Part shown: positions 1 through 8,950 of the stretch, piece after piece | Layout of the letters: the number at the start of each line of letters is the position of its first letter | Numbering within the stretch: the first letter of the stretch is position 1 | Source: an uncultured Fibrobacteraceae bacterium | GTDB taxonomy: Bacteria > Krumholzibacteriota > Krumholzibacteriia > LZORAL124-64-63 | Direction: 5' to 3' | NCBI GenBank assembly: GCA_964399195.1 | Contig: CAYNPY010000008.1 | Location: 2,260-66,259, forward strand | Length of the DNA: 64,000 bases | The notes under the pieces: model-generated | What the model was told of the DNA's origin: nothing | Database searches by the model: none | The model's input: the letters and a program-made list of their open reading frames with translations, nothing else | Position numbers and translations under genes: made by a program

Positions 1-869
1 AGCTGTGCGACGAATGCCTGGCCGCGCCGGCGGCGGCCGGCCGCCCGCTGGTCGGCATCGGCGTGGCCCTGCCCTGCCCGGTGGACCCGGCGCACCCGGG
101 CCGCCTGTCCACGCTGGTCATGCCCGACTGGGGCGGCCGCCACGGCCTGGAAGCGCTGGCCGCCAAACACGACGTACCGCTGATGGTCGACAACGACGCC
201 AACCTGGGCGCGCTGGCCGAGCACTGGTGGGGCGCCGGCCGCGGCGTCGATGACCTGGTCTACATCAAGGTGGCGATGGGCGTCGGCTCGGGGCACGTGA
301 TCGGCGGCGAGATCTACCGCGGCGCCACCGGCGTGGCGGGCGAGATCGGCCACCTGTCCATCGACCCGCAGGGCAAGCCCTGCCTGTGCGGCCTGCGCGG
401 CTGCCTGGTGACGCTGGTCGGCGGCCCGGCGCTGGTCGAGCGCGCGGCCGAACTGGCGCCGCGGTTCCCAGACAGTCCGCTGGCCGGCCGCGCCGTCACC
501 GTCGCCGACCTGGAGGACGCCGCCCTCGCCGGCGATCCCATGGCCCTGCAGGTCGCGCAGGAGGCGGCCGGCCACCTGGGCCGCGCCGTGGCCGGCCTGC
601 TGAACATCATGAACCCGTCGCTGGTCATCGTCGGCGGCATCCTGGCGCGCCTGGGCGACCTGCTGCTGGACCCGCTGCGCGAGACGGTGAAGGTGCGCAC
701 CCTGGTCAGCTCCGTGGCCGCGGCCGAGTTGCGCACGGGAGACCTGGGCGAGCTGGCCATCGCCGTCGGCGCCTCGACGCTGGTGCTGAAGGCGGCGCTG
801 GCCGATTCCCGGCTGTTCCCGCGCGTGAACGGCGACGCCGAGCCGGCGCGAGCGAGGATGGGAACATGA
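1..869 (+). CDS. ROK family protein (sugar kinase or transcriptional regulator), 5'-truncated by the window edge
   Basis: Frame open from the window start to TGA 867-869. Carries DNDANLGALAE, the MGVGSG glycine loop and the ROK zinc motif CLCGLRGC. The N-terminus, where an HTH would sit, lies outside the window. Confidence 0.85.
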   Translation, partial: LCDECLAAPAAAGRPLVGIGVALPCPVDPAHPGRLSTLVMPDWGGRHGLEALAAKHDVPLMVDNDANLGALAEHWWGAGRGVDDLVYIKVAMGVGSGHVIGGEIYRGATGVAGEIGHLSIDPQGKPCLCGLRGCLVTLVGGPALVERAAELAPRFPDSPLAGRAVTVADLEDAALAGDPMALQVAQEAAGHLGRAVAGLLNIMNPSLVIVGGILARLGDLLLDPLRETVKVRTLVSSVAAAELRTGDLGELAIAVGASTLVLKAALADSRLFPRVNGDAEPARARMGT

Positions 870-1678
870 GGGCCGCTGTCGCACTGATCGCCTGCGCGCT
901 GCTCGCGCTGGCCGCCGCCCCCGGCTGCGGCGGGGAAACGGAGCCCGAGGTGTACGGACTGATCTGGCAGGACGAGTTCGACGGGCCGGCCGGCCAGCTG
1001 CCCGACCCGGCCAAGTGGCAGTTCGACGTGGGCACCGACTGGGGCAATCTCCAACTCGAGTACGACACCAATCGCGCCGAGAACTGCAGCCTGGACGGCC
1101 AGGGCAACCTGGCGATCACCGCGCGCGAGGAGGAGTGGCAGGGGCAGCCCTACACCTCGGCGCGCATCAAGACCAAGGGCCTGTTCGAGCATGCCTACGG
1201 CCGTTTCGAGGCGCGCATCAAGCTGCCCATCGGGCAGGGCATCTGGCCGGCGTTCTGGATGCTGGGCAACGATTTTCCCGGCGTGAGCTGGCCCGCCTGC
1301 GGCGAGATCGACGTCATGGAGTACCGCGGCCAGGAGCCGCGGGTGCTGGTGGGCTCGGTGCACGGCCCCGGCTATTCCGGCAACGGCGCCCTGTCGCAGA
1401 CGCACACGCTGGCGCAGGGCGGCTTCCACCTGGACTACCACGTGTTCGCCATCGACTGGGAGCCCGGGTCGATCACCTGGAGCGTCGACGGCTACGTCTA
1501 CCACCGCATCACGCCGGCCAGCCTGCCCGCCGGCACCCGCTGGGTCTTCGACCACCCGTTCTTCATCCTGCTGAACGTGGCGGTGGGCGGCCGCTGGGTG
1601 GGCTCGCCGGACGCCTCGACGGTGTTCCCGCAGACGATGCTGGTGGACTACGTGCGGGTGTACGGGACGCTGCCGTAG
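866..1678 (+). CDS. Glycoside hydrolase family 16 beta-glucanase (laminarinase-like), secreted, possible lipoprotein
   Basis: ATG 866 overlaps the ROK stop (ATGA). Signal peptide ends in AAAPGC. GH16 catalytic motif ExDxxE is present as EIDVMEY, with WPAFWMLG just upstream. The real start is nested inside track ORF 386..1678. Confidence 0.9.
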   Translation: MRAAVALIACALLALAAAPGCGGETEPEVYGLIWQDEFDGPAGQLPDPAKWQFDVGTDWGNLQLEYDTNRAENCSLDGQGNLAITAREEEWQGQPYTSARIKTKGLFEHAYGRFEARIKLPIGQGIWPAFWMLGNDFPGVSWPACGEIDVMEYRGQEPRVLVGSVHGPGYSGNGALSQTHTLAQGGFHLDYHVFAIDWEPGSITWSVDGYVYHRITPASLPAGTRWVFDHPFFILLNVAVGGRWVGSPDASTVFPQTMLVDYVRVYGTLP

Positions 1679-1681
1679 GAC

Positions 1682-3031
1682 CTACGGCGCCAGCCGCGCC
1701 ACCGCCGCCTCGTCGACCCGCTCGCCGTACCGCCGCCGCAGCCCGTCCAGCGCCGCGCGCAGGCGCCGTTCGCATTCGGCGTCGAACCAGGCGCGGTCGA
1801 CCGCCTCGCGCGCCTCGGCGAACGGGCGCGGACGGCGTGGGCTGGCCTCCACCACCAGAGTCACGCGCCAGGCGTCGGCCGCCAGCGAATCCGGCCCCAC
1901 CACCCCGCGCGCGCCGGCGGCCAGGCAGCGGGCCACCAGCGCGCCCTCGACCCGCTCGTCGATCACGTCGGGCACGCGGTCCGGCTGCGCCCGGTCCAGC
2001 GCCAGCAGGCTGTCCGCCCCCGCGCGCGTGCGCAGGCGCGCCGCCAGGTCCGCGGCCTCCCCGCGCGCGGCCAGGTGCCGCCGCACGATCTCCGCGCGCG
2101 CCGGCAGGTCCCAGCGCGACGGGTCGCGGTCGTACTCGCGGCGCAGCGTGAGCGAGTCGCGCGGCACCTGCGAGAACACGTGACGCACGGCCCAGGCCGT
2201 GGCGGCGAACCCCTCGGCCTGGTCGCGCAGCCGCTGCCGGTCGGCGGGCCGCGCGAGCGCGCCGGCCGGGCGCGCCTGCGCGCGCAGCTGCCGCTGGTAG
2301 AGGGCGGTGCCGATGAAGTCCTTCACCTGCCGGGCGTCTTCCAGGCGCGGCCGGTCCAGCGTGCGCAGCTGCCGCCATTCGCCCAGCACGTCGCGCACCC
2401 GGAATGGGCGGTCCAGATGAGTGGCGACCACCAGGTCTGAATCGGCGGCCGCGACCGCGGGAAAGCGCGCCAGCTTGCGCGCGCGCTGCAGCAGGTCGTC
2501 GTCGGGCGCCGGCGCCGGCAGGGCCGCGAACGCCGCAACCAGGCGGCCCACCACGGCCTCGTCCCAGGCCGGCGGGCGGCGGGCCAGCTCGCGGTCGCGC
2601 ATCGCCGCGCCCAGGACGCCCGGGTGGGTCGTCGTGTCGCCCTGCGCCGCGCGGAGCGCTCGCTCCACCGCGTATGCCGAGTCCAGGGCCGCCTCGAAGG
2701 CGAGCTGCCGGCCCAGCTCCCTGTGCTGCGCGCTGTCGCCCGGCGTCCACGCGGGCGGCTCGGCGGCCGTGGCCAGGCGCAGGGCGCGACGGTCCAGCTG
2801 CGTGCCCAGCAGCTCTCGGACCTGCGCCGCGGTCAGCGCTGCGGGGACAAGCCCGCGCCGCCGGGCCGCGGCGCGCAGATCGGCCGCGGTGATCCGCTCG
2901 ATGCGCGCGCCGTCGGCCAGTTGCGCCAGCACGGTGTCCGGCCGGGCGCCGACAGCGCCCTCCGCGCGGGCAGAGCCCGGCGCCGACAGGACGCCGGCCA
3001 ACAGGATGGCCACCCTTGCCCACCGCGACAT
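1682..3031 (-). CDS. Hypothetical secreted protein (helical, Arg/Ala-rich)
   Basis: ATG 3031 gives the signal peptide MSRWARVAILLAGVLSAPGSARA. Amino-acid composition is diverse compared with the overlapping shadow ORFs. No domain recognised. Confidence 0.65.
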   Translation of the reverse strand: MSRWARVAILLAGVLSAPGSARAEGAVGARPDTVLAQLADGARIERITAADLRAAARRRGLVPAALTAAQVRELLGTQLDRRALRLATAAEPPAWTPGDSAQHRELGRQLAFEAALDSAYAVERALRAAQGDTTTHPGVLGAAMRDRELARRPPAWDEAVVGRLVAAFAALPAPAPDDDLLQRARKLARFPAVAAADSDLVVATHLDRPFRVRDVLGEWRQLRTLDRPRLEDARQVKDFIGTALYQRQLRAQARPAGALARPADRQRLRDQAEGFAATAWAVRHVFSQVPRDSLTLRREYDRDPSRWDLPARAEIVRRHLAARGEAADLAARLRTRAGADSLLALDRAQPDRVPDVIDERVEGALVARCLAAGARGVVGPDSLAADAWRVTLVVEASPRRPRPFAEAREAVDRAWFDAECERRLRAALDGLRRRYGERVDEAAVARLAP

Positions 3032-3143
3032 CCCCACGCGCCTTGCCGCAACCGGCATGTCCCGTCCTCCCCGCGCGTGCCCGCGCGAAGGAAAAGGGGC
3101 CGCCTCCCCGCCGGAAGACGGCCCCAAATCCGATCGATCGGTC

Positions 3144-3887
3144 CTACCGGAACTCGGCCTTGAGCGAGCCCCAGGTCAGCGACTCGTTCGGCACGACCGA
3201 CTGCATGGTCTGGAGCTGGTACTGCAGGTTGCTGAGCGTCTGGCCCGTGATCAGGTACCAGCCGGCCGGAGCCGTCGCGTGGCTCATGTAGAACGCATTG
3301 TTCGTCGCGCCGACGGCCGGGGCGTTCGCGTAGCTCACCACGGTGCCCATCCGGGTCGAGCCCACGACGTTGCTCAGCTGCTGGGTGACCAGGATGTCGG
3401 CCGAGGGCAGGTTGATCAGCAGGACACCCTCGATGCCCGTGATGGTGTAGATCGAGTAGTAGCCGCGCGCCAGGGCGCCCAGGTTGGCCGTGAAGCCGCC
3501 GATGTAGGCGCCGGCGTTGGCCAGGTCGTAGAACCGGATCGTCTCGGTGGCCGAGACCAGGTCCCCGGTCGACGAGGCGGAGCAGAACACGCCGAACTTC
3601 AGCGCGCTGACGTCCTCGCCGACGCCGCCGGCCAGGATCATCTCGTCGCCGTAGATCGCCGTCAAGTCGGTGGTCGACGTGGCGGCCGACACCGCGTGGT
3701 TCGTCGCATCGTAGACGACGGTCGGCACGATGGCGCTGGAGATCCCGTTGCCGCGCAGATCGATGGTCGGCTGGTCCTGGAGGCCCGCCACGGGCTCGTC
3801 CACGACGGCGGCGACCGCCGGGACGGCCAGCAGCGCGGCCGCCGCCAGGGCGCAGAACAGGCGGGATACGTTAGCGAACTTGTTCAT
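3144..3887 (-). CDS. Small secreted protein, member of the C-terminal-tail family (ends ...SLTWGSLKAEFR)
   Basis: ATG 3887 is preceded by AGGAG. Signal peptide MNKFANVSRLFCALAAAALLAVPAVAA. Gly/Ser/Thr/Val-rich body. The tail is shared with 21471..22121, 28067..28681, 28736..29422 and 56806..57387. Confidence 0.85.
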   Translation of the reverse strand: MNKFANVSRLFCALAAAALLAVPAVAAVVDEPVAGLQDQPTIDLRGNGISSAIVPTVVYDATNHAVSAATSTTDLTAIYGDEMILAGGVGEDVSALKFGVFCSASSTGDLVSATETIRFYDLANAGAYIGGFTANLGALARGYYSIYTITGIEGVLLINLPSADILVTQQLSNVVGSTRMGTVVSYANAPAVGATNNAFYMSHATAPAGWYLITGQTLSNLQYQLQTMQSVVPNESLTWGSLKAEFR

Positions 3888-4007
3888 AGGGAGCGCTCCT
3901 GAGTTGATGGCTTGTGACACGGAATCCCGCACGCGCGGCCGGGCCCAAAGAAACAGCGGCGCCTGCCGCCTCCCTGCCTCCGATGGGTGCAGATCCCCTC
4001 CGGCATG

Positions 4008-4037
4008 ACTGTACCGTGGCGGCGGACGAAAAGTCAA
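4008..4037 (-). promoter_or_regulatory. Candidate sigma70-type promoter for 3144..3887 (TTGACT-N18-TACAGT)
   Basis: On the minus strand, -35 TTGACT sits at 4037-4032 and -10 TACAGT at 4013-4008. It lies about 120 nt upstream of the ATG. Pattern match only. Confidence 0.4.
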
Positions 4038-4104
4038 CAACGGAGGCCCTCGATCATCAGCGTGTCGGCGCGCGGGCGCCCGACGTCGCGCCACCTCGCC
4101 CAGC

Positions 4105-4120
4105 CTTGCGCCGGCGCAAG
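4105..4120. repeat. Perfect 16-bp palindrome CTTGCGCCGGCGCAAG (intergenic repeat family)
   Basis: An identical 16-mer recurs at 57489..57504. GTTGCGCCGGCGCAAC occurs at 57455..57470, and a degenerate copy GTTGCGCCCGGCGGCAAC at 22424..22441. All copies are intergenic. Confidence 0.7.
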
Positions 4121-4202
4121 TCCGCAAACGCACAGCCGGCAACGAGATAGGGCCCCCGCAATCGCGGAGGCCCCACTCGTCACGGCGCGCCTTCCGGTGG
4201 CG

Positions 4203-7200
4203 TCAGATCGCCAGATGCAGGTACGTCCTGATCTCCCACTCGTTGCCCTTCTCCAGCCCGTCCGGGTACTTCTCGTTGCCGACCGGCACCGGCTCGCCCA
4301 CCGGGGCGTAGCGCGGCGACCAGCGATCCAGCGTGCGGTACATCGCGCGCACGCCCAGGCGGGTCTGCGGCAGGTCGAACCAGCGGGGCGAACCCAGCGT
4401 CGTCGAGACGTCCGCCATCAGCTGCAGCGGGTAGGTCAGGTTGAAGTCGCGGTGGTAGTCGTAGGGGCCGAAGTCGTTGATCTTCACGTGGCCCGCCACG
4501 ACAATCGCCGGCCAGGTGATGCGCGTGTCGGCGCCGAAGCGGTGCAGCAGGCGCTCGTCCTCGCCGTTGGGTTCGGCGTTGCCGAAGTACAGATGGCTGA
4601 CCGCGCGCGCCGAACCGCCCACGCGGCTGATGACGCGGCACTTCAGCTCCCAGAGATCGCGCGCGGGCGTCGCCCCCGCGAAGCCGTAGACCTGGCCCTC
4701 GGCCGACACGAACAGGGCGCCGTCGGCCGTCGTGTGGTGGCGGCGCACCGAGAGGCCGATGCTCGCGGCCAGGTCCGCGTCCTCGCGCAGGTCGCTGTCC
4801 CAGGCCCACATCCAGGTGGCGGGCGTCGGGTCGTAGACCAGCATCAGTTCGCCCGCGGTGGTCTCGCGGTTGCCGCGCACGGCGAACGGGTCGTCGATCA
4901 CGTTGCGCACGCGGCCGGCGGTCCCGTTCATGTACCGGCTGTTCGGCATGGGCCCGACGATGGGCTTCTGCCACAGGATGTTCGGCCCGATCTGCCAGTT
5001 GCCCATCGTGTAGGCCGCGCCGGTCAGCGCGTTGACCTGGTTGCCCGAGCCGCTGTCCTTCAGGTCCCAGCCCGTGAAGGTGGGGATCGCGGTGGGGCCG
5101 CCGTCGGCCACCAGGCCCATCCAGGCGCTCTGGCCGTACCAGTTCCAGCGGCCCTTCTGGTACGTGAGCTTGGCCTTGAGGCCGAACGTGTCCTGGTCCT
5201 TGACGGTGTCCTGCCGGACGTCGCCGGGCGCCAGCTGCGTCTCGGCGTCGACCAGGTCCTCGTCCACGATCTGGAACGTCTCGCCCACGCGCGGCTGGCC
5301 GGACCACAGCGCGCCGGCCTCCAGGTTGAACAACCCCACGCGGCGCGTCATCGACAGCGCGGCCTTGCGGGTGGTGCGCACGGGGATCGCCACCGAGCTG
5401 ACGACCTGGTTCTGCTCCGCGAAGTCCTCCTGGAACATCGCCGTCCACTGCGCGCCGGCGAACCCGCGCTGGTACTTGACCAGCACGGCCGGGTTGGCGC
5501 CCCACCACAACTGCGGGCCGAAGGCCACCTTCAGGCCGGCCAACTGGCGCTTGCCGGCGATCTCGAACCCGACCGGCGCCTCGCCGTTGTAGATGTCGAT
5601 GTTCTCGCCGTAGTAGGCGTCGCGGTAGAGGCCGAAGAAATCGCCCTCGTACTGCCAGTGCAGGTGGCCGGTGCGGTAGAAGCCCTCCAGCGCGAACCAG
5701 CGGTCGTCCCAGCTGACGGACGACTGGTAGACCTTGACGCGCTCGTTGTCCTCCAGCCGTACCGGGGTGCCGTCGTTGGCGACCACCAGGCGCGGCCGGC
5801 CGCGGTTCTCGTAGAAGATCTCGTCGATGGGATTCAGCGGCACGTCGCCCAGCACGTTGAGCGACAGCCGGCCGGTCACGTTGTCCGAGGGCATGGCCTC
5901 GAAATCGGCCCAGAACGACTGCAGGTTGTCCGTTCCCTGGAAGGCCGGATAGGCCTGACCCGGCTCGTCGGTCTCCGGCGTGGCGGTGTTCTTCGCGCCC
6001 GTGGCGTAGGTCTCGAACTCCAGGCGCAGCCCGGACAGGCGCACCTTGCTCAGCGCGTCGGTGCGCAGGGCGGCGGCGTCGCCGCGCGCCTCCAGCACGG
6101 CCGCTCCGCCGTGGATGCCCGCGAAGTGCCGACTGATCGCCGCCGCGTCGACGTTCTTCGCGTAGGGATCCAGCGCGAAGATGTCCCGCAACGCGTAGTA
6201 GGCCGCCCGCGGATAGACTTCGTAGAGGCCGCGCGAGTCGGGGAAGCCCTTGGCGGTGATGCCCCACCACTCCTCGTTCATGTTGTTCTCGCCCTCGCGG
6301 AAGTCCTCCGGGTAGCCGCCGTTGGGCCACGAGGCGTTGGTGTCGTGGATGTTCAGGCGGCTCTCCTGCAGATACTTCCACCAGCCGTCGCTCCACTGGA
6401 AGACCAGGCCGCCGGCCGCGTTGCCCACGCGGCCCTTGCCCGCCGACTGCTCGTAGATCTCCTGCCACTGGCCGATCAGGTAGCGCGCCTGCGTGGCCTG
6501 GTCCTCGCGGTTCGTGCGCGCGTTGAAGGCGTCGGCGCCGAACTCGGTGAAGATCGTCGGCACACCCAGCTTGTCCTTCACGACCTGGAAGAAGTCGCGC
6601 GCCGAGATGCCGCGATAGACGTTCGAGCCGAAGACGTCCATGCCCCGGCAGTGCTTGGCGATGAGGTCGACGTACTGCAGGTCGCCGTTGGCGATGGCGA
6701 CCAGGCCGCCGGGATCGCGCTGCTTGATGTCGCGGATGATCTCGCCGAACAGCGAGTAGAGGTACTCGGCGCGGGCGGCGTGGCGTTCGCCCTCGGGCAG
6801 CGCCTCGGTCTCGGCCGACTTCCAGGTCAGGCCGTAGTTGTTCTCGTTGCCCAGCAGCCACATCAGCAGGCCCGGCGTGCCCTTGTACTCGTCCACCAGC
6901 GCGGCCACCTCGGACTTCAGCAGCGAGCGCACCCGCGGGTCGCTGTAGTCGGTGTTCGGCAGCCAGGCGCCGTCGATGGTCAGGCCGTAGCGCCCCACCG
7001 TGTGGTTGAGCACGGTGAAGATGCCGTAATTCTCGTAGATGTAGCGCACCCAGCGCGGCGGCACGCCCACGTACTGCCGGATGGCGTTGACGTTCATCGC
7101 CTGCAGCAGCGGCATCTCGCGCGCCAGCACGTCGACGATCACGTCGTCCGGCTGCACCCACAGGCTGTAGTTGTAGTTCTGGCCGATGGGCACGTAGTCC

Positions 7201-7415
7201 CAGTTCAGGCCCAGCACCATGAAGTCGCGGCCGTCGACCTGCAGGCGCGAGCCCGACTCGTCGTTGACCACGGCCAGACGCGGCAGCGGCGCGGTCGCGG
7301 CCAGGGCCGGCAGCGCCGACGCCGCCAGCGCGGCCACGGCCAGCGCCAGAAGGAGGATGCACCGGGCCGGGTGGGCCGGGCTGCGGCGGGCGGTCCGTTC
7401 ACGCATCGAACGCAC
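4203..7415 (-). CDS. Secreted clan GH-A (GH2-like TIM barrel) glycosidase fused to a ~600-aa beta-rich, porin-like C-terminal domain
   Basis: GTG 7415 follows AAGGAGAA (an alternative ATG is at 7406). Signal peptide ends ...ALPALAA. Acid/base motif WLLGNENNYG, nucleophile motif TIFTEFGADAF and FGSNVYRG are present. The C-terminal half shows alternating aromatic/Gly patterning (WQYEGDFFGLYRDAYYGENIDIYNG ...) and ends EIRTYLHLAI. Confidence 0.8.
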   Translation of the reverse strand: MRSMRERTARRSPAHPARCILLLALAVAALAASALPALAATAPLPRLAVVNDESGSRLQVDGRDFMVLGLNWDYVPIGQNYNYSLWVQPDDVIVDVLAREMPLLQAMNVNAIRQYVGVPPRWVRYIYENYGIFTVLNHTVGRYGLTIDGAWLPNTDYSDPRVRSLLKSEVAALVDEYKGTPGLLMWLLGNENNYGLTWKSAETEALPEGERHAARAEYLYSLFGEIIRDIKQRDPGGLVAIANGDLQYVDLIAKHCRGMDVFGSNVYRGISARDFFQVVKDKLGVPTIFTEFGADAFNARTNREDQATQARYLIGQWQEIYEQSAGKGRVGNAAGGLVFQWSDGWWKYLQESRLNIHDTNASWPNGGYPEDFREGENNMNEEWWGITAKGFPDSRGLYEVYPRAAYYALRDIFALDPYAKNVDAAAISRHFAGIHGGAAVLEARGDAAALRTDALSKVRLSGLRLEFETYATGAKNTATPETDEPGQAYPAFQGTDNLQSFWADFEAMPSDNVTGRLSLNVLGDVPLNPIDEIFYENRGRPRLVVANDGTPVRLEDNERVKVYQSSVSWDDRWFALEGFYRTGHLHWQYEGDFFGLYRDAYYGENIDIYNGEAPVGFEIAGKRQLAGLKVAFGPQLWWGANPAVLVKYQRGFAGAQWTAMFQEDFAEQNQVVSSVAIPVRTTRKAALSMTRRVGLFNLEAGALWSGQPRVGETFQIVDEDLVDAETQLAPGDVRQDTVKDQDTFGLKAKLTYQKGRWNWYGQSAWMGLVADGGPTAIPTFTGWDLKDSGSGNQVNALTGAAYTMGNWQIGPNILWQKPIVGPMPNSRYMNGTAGRVRNVIDDPFAVRGNRETTAGELMLVYDPTPATWMWAWDSDLREDADLAASIGLSVRRHHTTADGALFVSAEGQVYGFAGATPARDLWELKCRVISRVGGSARAVSHLYFGNAEPNGEDERLLHRFGADTRITWPAIVVAGHVKINDFGPYDYHRDFNLTYPLQLMADVSTTLGSPRWFDLPQTRLGVRAMYRTLDRWSPRYAPVGEPVPVGNEKYPDGLEKGNEWEIRTYLHLAI

Positions 7416-8802
7416 GGGGTTCTCCTTCGCTGGTGGCCGGGTCCTCGTCGCCGACGACGTTCGTCGCCGCGACCTTCGCGTACCAATGGGCGCTGTCCTT
7501 CGGCACGCGTCGCTGGTCGACGGGGTCGACGGCGAAGAGGCCGAATTTCTTCGTGAACCCGTAGCCCCACTCGAAGTTGTCGAGCAGAGACCACAGGAAG
7601 TATCCCGCCAGGGGCACGCCCTCGTCCAGGGCGGCGGCCGCGGCCCGCAGGTGGCCCCGCAGGTAGGCGATGCGGCGGGTGTCGCGGATGCGGCCGTCCG
7701 GGCCGACGGGGTCGTCCCAGGCGGCGCCGTTCTCGGTGATGTAGAGGCGCCGCGGCGCGTAGTCGCGGTGCACGCGCAGCAGCGCCTGGCGCAGGCCGTC
7801 CGGGTAGACCTCCCAGCCCATGTCCGTGACGCCGGCGCCCGCCGGCGGCGGCCCGGCCACCGGCCGGCCGTCCGGATCGGTGGTCATCAGCGAGCGGCTG
7901 TAGTAATTCAGGCCCAGGAAGTCCAGCGGCGCCCGGATCGCCGCCAGGTCTCCGTCCTGGACGAACGTCAGGCCGCCGCCCGGCAGGTGGCCGCGGGCAA
8001 CCCTGTCCGCCACCGCGTCGGCCGGGTAGGCGCCGCGGAAGAGCGGGTCCAGGTACCAGCGATTGAAGAAGCCGTCGAACCAGCGCGCGGCGTCGCGGTC
8101 GCCGGGCGTGTCGCGCAGCGGGAACACGGGGTTGTGGATCAGCACGATCCCCAGCTCGGCCGCCGGGACCTGCGCGCGGATGGCGGCGCAGGCCCAGCCG
8201 TGCGACAGCAGCAGGTGGTGGGCCGCGCGCAGGCCCGTGGCCGGCTCGCACAGGCCGGGGGCGTGATGCCCTTCTTCGTAGCCGAGGGTGGCTGCGCACC
8301 AGGGCTCGTTGTGCGTGGTCCAGCGCCGGACGCGGTCGCCCAGGCGCGCGGTGACCGCCAGCGCGTAGTCGACGAACCGCGCCGCGGTGTCGCGCGCGGC
8401 CCAGCCGCCCTCGTCCTGCAGGGCCTGCGGCAGGTCCCAGTGGTAAAGCGTCGGGAACGGCTCGAGGCCAGCCGCCAGCAGCCCGTCGACCAGCTGTTCG
8501 TAGAAGTCCAGACCGCGCTCGTTCGCCGCGCCGCGCCCGGTCGGCTGGATCCGGGGCCAGGCGATGGAGAACCGGTAGGCGCCCAGCCCCATCGCCTTCA
8601 TCAGGCCGATGTCCTGCGCCCAACGATGGTAATGGTCGCAGGTTACGTCGGGGTTGGAGCCGTCGGTGATCCGGCCGGATCGGGCCGCGAAGTGGTCCCA
8701 GATGGACTCCCCCCGACCGCCCTCATGGCGGCCGCCCTCGACCTGCTGGGCGCTGGTCGCGACCCCCCAGGTGAAGCCGGCGGGGAAGGTGGTCGGGCTC
8801 AT
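7399..8802 (-). CDS. Glycoside hydrolase family 1 beta-glucosidase
   Basis: FTWGVATSAQQVEG at the N-terminus, TTHNEPW (acid/base) and YITENGAAW (nucleophile). No signal peptide. The 3' end overlaps the next gene's start. Confidence 0.95.
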   Translation of the reverse strand: MSPTTFPAGFTWGVATSAQQVEGGRHEGGRGESIWDHFAARSGRITDGSNPDVTCDHYHRWAQDIGLMKAMGLGAYRFSIAWPRIQPTGRGAANERGLDFYEQLVDGLLAAGLEPFPTLYHWDLPQALQDEGGWAARDTAARFVDYALAVTARLGDRVRRWTTHNEPWCAATLGYEEGHHAPGLCEPATGLRAAHHLLLSHGWACAAIRAQVPAAELGIVLIHNPVFPLRDTPGDRDAARWFDGFFNRWYLDPLFRGAYPADAVADRVARGHLPGGGLTFVQDGDLAAIRAPLDFLGLNYYSRSLMTTDPDGRPVAGPPPAGAGVTDMGWEVYPDGLRQALLRVHRDYAPRRLYITENGAAWDDPVGPDGRIRDTRRIAYLRGHLRAAAAALDEGVPLAGYFLWSLLDNFEWGYGFTKKFGLFAVDPVDQRRVPKDSAHWYAKVAATNVVGDEDPATSEGEPRAFDA

Positions 8803-8845
8803 CCGGCGGGGCCCCCCGGGACTGCGTTCCGCTCCGAAAAATAAC

Positions 8846-8876
8846 CTTTGTTCGGACGCCGAACATAGTGTATGAT
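8846..8876 (+). promoter_or_regulatory. Sigma70-like promoter TTGTTC-N17-TATGAT with an embedded palindromic operator CTTTGTTCGGacgCCGAACATAG
   Basis: -35 at 8848-8853 and -10 at 8871-8876. The perfect inverted repeat TGTTCGG/CCGAACA (8849-8865) fills the spacer. A divergent minus-strand -35 TTGACA (8893-8888) faces the GH1 operon, which would place the same palindrome just downstream of that promoter. Confidence 0.55.
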
Positions 8877-8950
8877 CGTGGTGGTCCTGTCAAGGGTTCT
8901 GTCCGTCCGCCCGCCCAGGCGCCGGCATCCAACAAAGTGAGGTCCACACC

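Noticed and set aside
3987-7556. Very long antisense ORFs in the track. Examples: 3987..7556 +, 9705..13541 -, 13268..15526 -, 48500..52294 +, 52429..55533 +, 35433..37499 +, 37289..39373 +, 60658..62844 -, 62685..63893 -.
   Set aside because: Their translations are dominated by Arg/Gly/Ala/Pro/Gln runs with no recognisable motifs. Each lies opposite a gene with strong family signatures. High GC depletes stop codons, so these are shadow ORFs.
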